Both the position numbers and the translations under genes were made by a program. A stretch of 64,000 bases of DNA from a bacterium (GTDB lineage Bacteria > Patescibacteriota > Gracilibacteria > Peribacterales > Peribacteraceae), in the NCBI GenBank assembly GCA_027623015.1, contig JAQBVR010000003.1:2197-66196 (forward strand). Reading direction: 5' to 3'. Below, one piece after another: positions 1-7,814 of this stretch. Each line of letters starts with the position of its first letter. Within the stretch, counting starts at the first letter, position 1. Below the pieces are notes generated by a model. The model worked only from the letters and a program-made list of their open reading frames with translations. It was not told where the DNA came from and searched no databases.

Positions 1-108
1 CATCTCACTATGCATGTCTGGTCCATGAAGGAATCTATCGGGGTAGAGAATCGCGAGGGCAATGACTGGGATAAGAGTGAGTCCGAGGAAGGTGGAGATG
101 CGTTTCAT
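1..108 (-). CDS. N-terminal part of a secreted/membrane-anchored hypothetical protein (runs off window edge)
   Basis: ATG at 108; manual translation MKRISTFLGLTLIPVIALAILYPDRFLHGPDMHSEM, signal/anchor-like N-terminus. Confidence 0.55.
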   Translation of the reverse strand, partial: MKRISTFLGLTLIPVIALAILYPDRFLHGPDMHSEM

Positions 109-232
109 AGAGAAGAAGGGGATTTGTACATATGAGGTTTTCGCTTGGGTACAAGCATAGTATGGATAGCCTATACTTCTCAATATTAATTGACTGTACA
201 AATAAATTATACAGGCGTAGAATCGCAACATT

Positions 233-904
233 ATGGTGTTACATCTGCACGATTCAGAGGTTGTTACATCTGACGAATTACTCGCCAGGGAGATAGAGAA
301 TGAAATGGAATGGGTAGAGTTTCTCTTGAAATATGATCTTGATGCAGCAGAGAAGATTGCTGCTGCACATGAGATGATTACCTGCGGTAATGAGAAGAGC
401 TTGAAACCATGGCAGTGTGTGATGGAGTTTATGAAAAGGAATAAGACAGATGCTGAACGTATCTTGCGTGACCCTGTCATCATCATGCTTCGTGCAGATT
501 TTGAAGATCGCTTTCAAAAACTATTTGATTTTCAGACTGGTAGAAACCGTGACGTAGTAGATGCATTCGATAAGCGTATACATGTGCATGCTAAAGAAGT
601 AACTACAGGCATTCATTGTTTTAGACACTTGGTCAATGAAAACCTTGTTGGTGCGTCACAACTTACTCTTCAAGAAGCTGAGCTACGCGTAGAGTCGAGA
701 GTGACTTCGACAATATATGAGCAGGCTACAGACTTTGCTAAAGCAAATCCCCGAATAGTATCGGGTATAGTTATTACGAGTTATTCGCCAATTGTAGATT
801 CTAACGGCAATATAGATACTGAAAATAAGAAACCCCTTGGATTTGTAGTTGCTGGTCCTGGGTTTGCAAAGCATCTGGGCTTTCCAGAAGAAATGGCAGC
901 ATAG
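233..904 (+). CDS. hypothetical protein (223 aa)
   Basis: Long ORF; TAGAAT box 8 nt before ATG; no recognised motif. Confidence 0.65.
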   Translation: MVLHLHDSEVVTSDELLAREIENEMEWVEFLLKYDLDAAEKIAAAHEMITCGNEKSLKPWQCVMEFMKRNKTDAERILRDPVIIMLRADFEDRFQKLFDFQTGRNRDVVDAFDKRIHVHAKEVTTGIHCFRHLVNENLVGASQLTLQEAELRVESRVTSTIYEQATDFAKANPRIVSGIVITSYSPIVDSNGNIDTENKKPLGFVVAGPGFAKHLGFPEEMAA

Positions 905-967
905 CTCTATGAGGGGGAGAAGTTTACTTGCCATCTATGTATTTTACGTTACAATACCTGAAATACT

Positions 968-2017
968 ATGATTTCACAGCCAATACTACCGGCATCTACA
1001 GATCCGAAAGACTTCGTGATAGCTACCATTGGGAGTCACTCTGCTTTGCAGATCCTAAAAGGAGCTCGAGATGAGGGCCTGCGGAACTTGGTTATCTGTA
1101 AGAAGGGAACAGAAGATGTGTACAAGAGATACGGTGTCGCAGATGAGGTGATTGTTATAGATGACTGGAGTGAGTGGGACAGTAAGGTGGAAGAGGAGCT
1201 TATCAAGCGCAATGCTATCGTTATTCCTCATGGGTCGTTCATCGCATATATGGGTCATGACAAAGTAGGAACTATGCAGTCTATGTACTACGGAACGAAA
1301 GAGATACTGCACTGGGAGAGTGATAGAAAAATGGAGCGACAGTGGCTTGAGGCATCGAACCTCAAGCTCCCCAAGGTTCTCGAGAAGCCAGAAGACATCG
1401 ACCGTTCTGTTATCATAAAATTCCATGGAGCAGGTGGTGGATTTGGGTATTTTATCGCCAACACTCCAGAGCAGTTTTACGAAGTGAAGAACCGTAAGTA
1501 TCCAGATCAAAATGATTTCGTTATTCAAGAGTATGTTGTCGGCGTACCGATCTACGCACATTACTTTTACTCTCCTATTACACAGGAGTTAGAGATTATG
1601 AGTTTCGACAAACGCTACGAGAGTAATGCAGACTCTATTGGTCGTATAAAAGCTGCAGACCAGCTTGCTGCAAACATCCATACGAGTTATACGATCGTTG
1701 GAAACATCCCTATTGTCGTTCGTGAGTCTCTCCTACCTGAGTTCTTCACGATGGGAGAGAACGTGGTGGAACAGAGCAAAAAGCTCTGTGGCAAAGGCTT
1801 ATTTGGACCGTTTTGCCTAGAGTGCATCGTTACACGAAAGCTTGAGATACTCGTGTTTGAGATCAGTGCACGAATCGTTGCTGGAACGAATCCCTTCGTC
1901 GAAGGTTCTCCCTACACTGCTCTGAAGTATGACGTTCCGATGAGTACAGGTCGCAGGATATCTCGAGACATCAAAGAGGCGATAGAGTCTGGGAGGTTGG
2001 AGGAGGTACTGGGGTAG
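968..2017 (+). CDS. purP: archaeal-type FAICAR synthetase PurP (ATP-grasp, formate-dependent)
   Basis: IATIGSHSALQILKGARDEG, IPHGSFIAY, GNIPIVVRESLL, GPFCLE, FEISARIVAGTN motifs. Confidence 0.9.
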   Translation: MISQPILPASTDPKDFVIATIGSHSALQILKGARDEGLRNLVICKKGTEDVYKRYGVADEVIVIDDWSEWDSKVEEELIKRNAIVIPHGSFIAYMGHDKVGTMQSMYYGTKEILHWESDRKMERQWLEASNLKLPKVLEKPEDIDRSVIIKFHGAGGGFGYFIANTPEQFYEVKNRKYPDQNDFVIQEYVVGVPIYAHYFYSPITQELEIMSFDKRYESNADSIGRIKAADQLAANIHTSYTIVGNIPIVVRESLLPEFFTMGENVVEQSKKLCGKGLFGPFCLECIVTRKLEILVFEISARIVAGTNPFVEGSPYTALKYDVPMSTGRRISRDIKEAIESGRLEEVLG

Positions 2018-2086
2018 TTGCGGGTTGCGGGTTACGAGTTGCGTGTTATTCTTCACTCATATTTCATATCTGATACACTACTGTCA

Positions 2087-3244
2087 ATGGATACAACTAA
2101 ACTCCTCGACGGCTACGATCTTTCCAACATCTCCGTTGGAGTCCTTGGCGGACACAGTGCTCTCGATGTTTGTAGTGGCGCAAAAAAACACGGGCTCAAG
2201 ACTGTTTGCATCGCGAGAGAGGGGAGAGAAAAAACGTATTCGCAGTATTATCGGGTCAGGGAGTCGGGAGTCGGGAGTAGGGAAATGGTAGGATGTATCG
2301 ATGAAGTAATCGTAAAACCAAAGTTTAGTGATGTACTCGAAGAAGAGGTCCAACATAAGCTCAGAAGTATGAACACAATATTTGTACATAATAGGTATTT
2401 TTGGGTCTACTTTGATGACTTTTCCAAAGTAGAAAACGACTTCCATGTTCCCATCTTTGGCTCTCGTGCTCTCATCAAGATCGAAGAGCGTGACCAACAG
2501 TTCAACCAGTACCACCTCCTCGAGTTTGCAGGCATTCGCATTCCGCGCATCTTCGCAACACCAGATGATTTGGACGGTCGACTGTGCATCGTGAAAGCAA
2601 GTGAAGCAGCACGTGGGTACGAGCGGGCATTTTTCCTTGCTACCGATAAAAAGAGTTGGGAACACGAAGGGGCACGCCTAGAGAAGGAGGGGCTCGTTGG
2701 TCCAGACTGGAGAGATGCGACTATCGAAGAGTTTGTCCTCGGTGCTCCGGTGAACTTCAACTTCTTCTATAGTCCACTCACAGGTGAGCTCGAACTGTTG
2801 GGAACAGATATGCGTCGTCAGACAAACCTCGATGGCTTCCTTCGTCTTACTGCAGATCAGCAGGCGATCGCGCTGAAGCATGTAGACCTGAAGATGATCG
2901 AGACAGGGCATGTGTCTTGTACGGTAAAGGAGTCCATCCTCGAGAAGGCATTCACGATGGGAGAGAAGTTTGTAGCAGAAACACAGAAGCTCTCACCAAT
3001 TGTCGATCCGTCTGGCAAAGGCATCATCGGACCATTTGCACTGCAAGGTGCTGTGGTTGCAGAAGAGGGGAAAGAGGACATCGTCATCTTCGACGTAAGC
3101 TTCCGCATCCCTGGGAGTCCTGGGTCAAAGGCCACACCGTACTCAGGGTACCTTCATGGAGAGAACATCTCTGTAGGAGAAAGGGTAGCTATGGAGATCA
3201 AATCAGCAATAGAGAGTGGCAGGGTGGAGGAGATCATTACGTAG
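2087..3244 (+). CDS. PurP-like ATP-grasp paralog (DUF1246/DUF1297)
   Basis: LGGHSALDVCSGAKKHG, YERAFF, GTDMRRQTNLDG, KESILEK, GPFALQG, DVSFRIPGSPG; start moved to ATG 2087 after a TACACT box. Confidence 0.85.
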   Translation: MDTTKLLDGYDLSNISVGVLGGHSALDVCSGAKKHGLKTVCIAREGREKTYSQYYRVRESGVGSREMVGCIDEVIVKPKFSDVLEEEVQHKLRSMNTIFVHNRYFWVYFDDFSKVENDFHVPIFGSRALIKIEERDQQFNQYHLLEFAGIRIPRIFATPDDLDGRLCIVKASEAARGYERAFFLATDKKSWEHEGARLEKEGLVGPDWRDATIEEFVLGAPVNFNFFYSPLTGELELLGTDMRRQTNLDGFLRLTADQQAIALKHVDLKMIETGHVSCTVKESILEKAFTMGEKFVAETQKLSPIVDPSGKGIIGPFALQGAVVAEEGKEDIVIFDVSFRIPGSPGSKATPYSGYLHGENISVGERVAMEIKSAIESGRVEEIIT

Positions 3245-3251
3245 CTTGTCT

Positions 3252-3815
3252 ATGTCATCTGATCAACAAAAATGCGCATGGGCCCTCATGGGAAATGCTT
3301 TGTATGAGCAGTATCACGATGAAGACTGGGGAGTTCCTCTCCATGACGACCAGAAGCTTTTTGAGTTCTTGATCCTCGAAGGAGCACAGGCAGGACTTTC
3401 GTGGAGTACGATCCTCAATAAAAGAGATGAGTACCGCAAAGCGTTCGATAACTTCGATCCGAAGAAAGTAGCTGCCTATGGTGAAAAGAAGGCTGCTGAA
3501 CTTTTGGGCAACGCAGGTATCGTGCGCAATAAACTCAAGATCGCATCTGCGACGCGTAATGCAAAGGTGTATCTGGAGATCCAAAAGGAGTTTGGCTCTT
3601 TTGATGTGTACATCTGGGAGTTTGTTGGCAATACTCCTATCCAAAATGCTCGGAAGTCTATGTCTGAGATCCCAGCACTCACAGAGATATCGGATGCTAT
3701 AGCCAAGGACCTAAAGAAGAGGGGAATGAACTTCGTTGGCTCTACCATCATCTATGCGTTCATGCAGGCAGTAGGCATGGTAAATGACCATGAGATAACG
3801 TGCCCTTCGTATTAG
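3252..3815 (+). CDS. tag: DNA-3-methyladenine glycosylase I
   Basis: CAW...YHDEDWGVP, LFEFLILEGAQAGLSW, FVGSTIIYAFMQAVGMVNDH. Confidence 0.95.
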   Translation: MSSDQQKCAWALMGNALYEQYHDEDWGVPLHDDQKLFEFLILEGAQAGLSWSTILNKRDEYRKAFDNFDPKKVAAYGEKKAAELLGNAGIVRNKLKIASATRNAKVYLEIQKEFGSFDVYIWEFVGNTPIQNARKSMSEIPALTEISDAIAKDLKKRGMNFVGSTIIYAFMQAVGMVNDHEITCPSY

Positions 3816-3862
3816 ATATTAATTTGGTTACGTCATATAAAAACATAGAGTAAAATGAATAT

Positions 3863-4546
3863 GTGAATGATGATACGAATAAGAAAATAGAGGCAGTTAT
3901 TTTGGACATGGATGGCTTGATGATTGATTCGGAAGTCATTTTTCTTGAAGCACTCAAAAAATCATCAGCAACATTTGGCCATGATATGGAGTCAGATTTT
4001 TTCCTTTGTTGCATAGGAAGAACTGACGCAGATACTAAAAAAATGATTCAAGAAGAATTTGGTTCTGATTTTCCAGTAGAAAATATGTATATGAAAACAA
4101 AAGAAATTTTCAATCAAATGAGAAGAGCTGGTCAAATAAAGAAGAAAAAAGGATTAATGGCACTTGTCCATTTCTTACAGTCTAATAACATACCAAGAGC
4201 CATTGCCAGCTCATCTGAAAAGAATGTAATAGCGGATAATTTGAAACTACAGGGCTTAGAAGATGCATTCCTTCATTTTGTAGGTGGCGATCAAGTTTTA
4301 CGTGGAAAGCCAGATCCTGAAATATACCTTGCTGCTGCATCACTGATAGATTTCGAGCCATCCAGTTGTGTTGTATTGGAAGATTCAGAACCAGGTATAA
4401 GGGCAGCAAATGCAGCAGGGATGACAACTATTCTGATACCAGACATCGTAAAGCCATCAGATGAGATTCAACAGATAGCAAATATAGTACTTCCATCACT
4501 TATTGAAGCTACGTCTCACCTTAAGAGGGTGCTAAAACTCTCATAA
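3863..4546 (+). CDS. HAD-family phosphatase (beta-PGM/CbbY-like)
   Basis: DMDGLMIDSE, GKPDPEIY, LEDSEPGIRAA motifs; visibly more AT-rich than neighbours. Confidence 0.9.
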   Translation: MNDDTNKKIEAVILDMDGLMIDSEVIFLEALKKSSATFGHDMESDFFLCCIGRTDADTKKMIQEEFGSDFPVENMYMKTKEIFNQMRRAGQIKKKKGLMALVHFLQSNNIPRAIASSSEKNVIADNLKLQGLEDAFLHFVGGDQVLRGKPDPEIYLAAASLIDFEPSSCVVLEDSEPGIRAANAAGMTTILIPDIVKPSDEIQQIANIVLPSLIEATSHLKRVLKLS

Positions 4547-4602
4547 AAATACTCTTATACAAATTGATACCATCTCAATAGTTCCCTATAGTAGCCGTCA
4601 GT

Positions 4603-4679
4603 GGGGCTGTAGCTCAGCTGGTTAGAGCACCTGCTTTGCAAGCAGGGGGTCAGGAGTTCGAATCTCCTCAGCTCCACCA
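4603..4679 (+). tRNA. tRNA-Ala (anticodon TGC)
   Basis: GGGGCTGTAGCTCAGCTGGTTAGAGCACCTGCTTTGCAAGCAGGGGGTCAGGAGTTCGAATCTCCTCAGCTCCACCA; cloverleaf, G3:U70, encoded CCA. Confidence 0.97.
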
Positions 4680-4704
4680 CACCTCACATGTGAGGTGTGG
4701 TGGA
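4673..4704. repeat. 32-bp perfect palindrome overlapping the tRNA-Ala 3' end
   Basis: TCCACCACACCTCACA|TGTGAGGTGTGGTGGA is self-reverse-complementary. Confidence 0.9.
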
Positions 4705-4845
4705 CTTCTTTGCTATGTATGGTTGGCAAGTTACGCAAAAGCGAAGGATGATATAATGCATAGATTATTAACTCCAATATCTGTCTATTTTAGATATTTC
4801 TCAGTAAACTTTATCGCATGGATAATGCTAAAGATTCATCTCTGG

Positions 4846-4980
4846 AGGGGGGTGTAACTCCTACGTCACCCCCTTGGTTCAGCATTGAACCAATGGATCT
4901 GCTATCTGGCCTTAGGTCCTTCAGATAGCACGTTATTCTAGCCAGGTGCATTGATATCCTCCAAATATCAAGCACCTGGC
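4846..4980. other. four consecutive hairpins; candidate structured RNA or palindromic element
   Basis: GGGGGTG/CACCCCC; TTGGTTCA/TGAACCAA; TGCTATCTG/CAGATAGCA; GCCAGGTGC-TTGATAT/ATATCAA-GCACCTGGC. Confidence 0.55.
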
Positions 4981-4984
4981 ATCT

Positions 4985-5230
4985 TTATTGAAGATTCTCT
5001 CCCGTTGGAATGATGGCAATAAGAGGTGCGAAGAAGATGTCTGTTGTGCCAGTCATTCGCGCTATGGAGAAGAAGACGAGTAATGTTCCACAGATCATCA
5101 TCAATCCGTAGATCCCTCCGCAGTAGCGCATCCATTCTGCTTCTCCGATCATATCACCTGCACTTTCTCGCCATTTGATCATGGCGACCCCAATAAGGAT
5201 GAGCGATAGATTGATGAAAAAGTTAGCCAT
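4985..5230 (-). CDS. small two-TM membrane protein
   Basis: 81 aa, two hydrophobic segments; TATAGT box 8 nt upstream. Confidence 0.7.
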   Translation of the reverse strand: MANFFINLSLILIGVAMIKWRESAGDMIGEAEWMRYCGGIYGLMMICGTLLVFFSIARMTGTTDIFFAPLIAIIPTGENLQ

Positions 5231-5272
5231 TGCTAACTACTATAGCGTTTAGTAGTAGTAGGTGACAATGTA

Positions 5273-5593
5273 TTATCCAATGACGGCGTCGAGTTCTTTG
5301 GCAATGTCCTCTTTGGACTTGGCACCAACGAACGTCTGCTCTACTTTTCCACCCTTGATAATGAGGAACGTGGGGATGCTCATGACACTGTACTTCTGTG
5401 CAGTTTCAGAGTTTTCATCGACGTTAATCTTCACAACTTTTGCCTTACCATCATAGTCTTTTGTGATCTCATCCATGATAGGAAGCATCGTCTTACATGG
5501 ACCACACCATGGCGCCCAGAAGTCTACAAGTACAGGTGTATCGGACTTCATTACCTCTGCTTCAAATGTATCGTCGGTGACTTCGGTGGCCAT
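5273..5593 (-). CDS. trxA: thioredoxin
   Basis: VDFWAPWCGPCK, SIPT. Confidence 0.97.
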   Translation of the reverse strand: MATEVTDDTFEAEVMKSDTPVLVDFWAPWCGPCKTMLPIMDEITKDYDGKAKVVKINVDENSETAQKYSVMSIPTFLIIKGGKVEQTFVGAKSKEDIAKELDAVIG

Positions 5594-5765
5594 AGTTTTT
5601 TAGGGGAAAAGTACATACGCATTATACTGCGGATACTGCTTCTTGATCAATGAATGTTTGGAGATAATGTGACGGGGGTTACGTTTCTTGGTTATAGGTT
5701 GTACGTTGTAAGTTGTTGGTTTCTTTGCAAAACTTATAACGTACAACTATTTTTCGTATCAAGTA

Positions 5766-7040
5766 TTAACTTCCTCCTAGTATTTTCTTTGTAATATTTT
5801 TCCCTACCTCAACACCTGGTTGTCCATAGGGATCTATGCGGTAGAGTTTGCCAAGAAGTATGACTTCGACCATGAGGAGAAAGAACAGCTGGCCAAGATA
5901 ATACGCATCGAGTCGGGGGAGTGTCAGTGTAGCATGGGGGCGTTTTGCTGATGTGAGTGCTTGGCTTGTTCCTTGGTAGCAGGCGTCGAGGAGTTCGTTG
6001 AACTGTTTGCCTGAGACATAGTTGAACGACTCTTCTATCTCTTCTGGCACGGTGATGTCCGGACCTTCGAGCACACGGATGAAGAGGTGCCACATCTTGT
6101 ATGGTCCTTGCATCCATTGCTGCAAGAGAGAATGTTGATCTTGTGTGCCGATAGCAGCAAGTGGGATGGGGTTATGTAGTTCTGTTTTCCCGAGACTTTC
6201 TGCTATGAGTTGCTGGTTCCATCGTGAGACGGATTCGAGCTGTTGTGCATATGGCATGATCACACGGATAGGGTATCCACGTTTTGTGTCGAGGAGGAAT
6301 TGCACAGTTGCAAGTAGCGCAGCAGGGTTTTCTTCCAAGGATGTATTTTGACAGATAGTGTCCATCTCCTTAGCCCCCTTTGTGAACTGGTCGATGTCTC
6401 CATCGAGTAAAGCCATGCTGAGGAGGCCGATAGGTGTGAATATGGAGTACCTTCCTCCAACATCAGATGGAATAGATAACATCGTGATGCCATGCTCAAG
6501 GCTGAAACTGCGAAGCTTTCCGGAATCAGGATCTGTAAGAGCGATGACGCGGTCTGCAGCCCTTTCTCCCATTGCATGTTTTAAGAGAGACCAACATAGA
6601 CCAAAGACACTCATAGGCTCTAGCGTTCCTCCAGACTTACTGGCCACTACGATAAGTGTCTGCTTCCAGTCAACGATCTTGCTATAGAGGTCGAGGACTG
6701 AGGGGTCTATGGTGTCGAGCAAGATAAACTCGATGGTGTCGGGACTTTCAAATACTTCTTGGATCACTTTTGGTCCGAGACCAGATCCACCAATACCGAT
6801 CCAGACTACTGTTCGGATTTTTTCCGTTTTTACTCGCATCGCAGCTTCGCGAACTTGTTCGATCATACTTTTATCGTAGGGATTCATAGACCAACCATGT
6901 TTCCCAGCTTCGCGCTCTTTCAAAAAGTCTGTTATGTAGCGCTTCATACTCGTGTATTGACCAGTTAGATCTTGGTCGGGGATACCTTTCGATGCAGTGA
7001 TGGATTTGGCAAGGCTGCCAGTGATATCGAGTGTTATCAT
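5766..7040 (-). CDS. pgi: glucose-6-phosphate isomerase
   Basis: IGIGGSGLG, SKSGGTLE, VGGRYS, QLIAESLGK, DQHSLLQ, QPGVEVGK. Confidence 0.93.
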   Translation of the reverse strand: MITLDITGSLAKSITASKGIPDQDLTGQYTSMKRYITDFLKEREAGKHGWSMNPYDKSMIEQVREAAMRVKTEKIRTVVWIGIGGSGLGPKVIQEVFESPDTIEFILLDTIDPSVLDLYSKIVDWKQTLIVVASKSGGTLEPMSVFGLCWSLLKHAMGERAADRVIALTDPDSGKLRSFSLEHGITMLSIPSDVGGRYSIFTPIGLLSMALLDGDIDQFTKGAKEMDTICQNTSLEENPAALLATVQFLLDTKRGYPIRVIMPYAQQLESVSRWNQQLIAESLGKTELHNPIPLAAIGTQDQHSLLQQWMQGPYKMWHLFIRVLEGPDITVPEEIEESFNYVSGKQFNELLDACYQGTSQALTSAKRPHATLTLPRLDAYYLGQLFFLLMVEVILLGKLYRIDPYGQPGVEVGKNITKKILGGS

Positions 7041-7090
7041 ATGAGATATACAGTACCATATGTTTGGTAAAATCTGCTACAATTACCACA

Positions 7091-7672
7091 ATGATCGCTC
7101 ATCTAAGAGGAACGGCGCATAAGCTTAAAATAGGACTCCTTATTGTAGATGTACGGGGTGTGGGATATTTGGTTTCTGTACCAATAGATTTTTGGGATAA
7201 CGTTGAGGAGGGAAAGGATATTTCACTTCATATATTTACGTACATAAAAGAAGACCGACTTGACCTGTATGGTTTTAGTGATCTATCTGGCAGAACGTTA
7301 TTTGAAGAGACAACGAAGATCTCTGGTATTGGACCAAGTTTGGGATTGGAGCTTTGCACTGTTCCTCGGTCACTTCTTGTGCAGGCTATTACATGTCAGG
7401 ACCCAGGCATTCTTACAAACATCAAAGGAATCGGGCGTAAGAAGGCTGAGAAGCTTCTACTGGATCTTAAATCTGTTATGGAGAATCAGCCTGCTATCTT
7501 CTATGCTGCTTCGGCTACCATGAATCTCATGGCAGAATATGACCAAGATGCTGTATCTGCTCTTACTGCTCTTGGATACGATCGATCCACTGCGATCCAT
7601 GCTCTCAAAGGGCTTTCAGGAGATATGAAGACAACAGAACAGAGGGTCGAAGCGGCTTTACGGAGCCTTTGA
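7091..7672 (+). CDS. ruvA: Holliday junction branch migration protein RuvA
   Basis: MIAHLRG, VGYLV, LYGF, SGIGP, KGIGRKKAEK, DAVSALTALGY. Confidence 0.95.
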   Translation: MIAHLRGTAHKLKIGLLIVDVRGVGYLVSVPIDFWDNVEEGKDISLHIFTYIKEDRLDLYGFSDLSGRTLFEETTKISGIGPSLGLELCTVPRSLLVQAITCQDPGILTNIKGIGRKKAEKLLLDLKSVMENQPAIFYAASATMNLMAEYDQDAVSALTALGYDRSTAIHALKGLSGDMKTTEQRVEAALRSL

Positions 7673-7814
7673 CGAAGTAATAGAAGAAATAGAAGATTCT
7701 CTGTATATGATTTCAAAAATGTATTGTACACACATACTTCCAAATCCTCTATTACCTCTATTCCTTAATAAGTTGGCAATTCAATAAATCCTAAAATTGT
7801 GCTATAATAGCCTG

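Noticed and set aside
4745..4772. dif-like site GGATGATATAA-TGCATA-GATTATTAACT
   Set aside because: The XerD arm matches TTATGTTAAAT poorly; chance similarity in AT-rich DNA is likely
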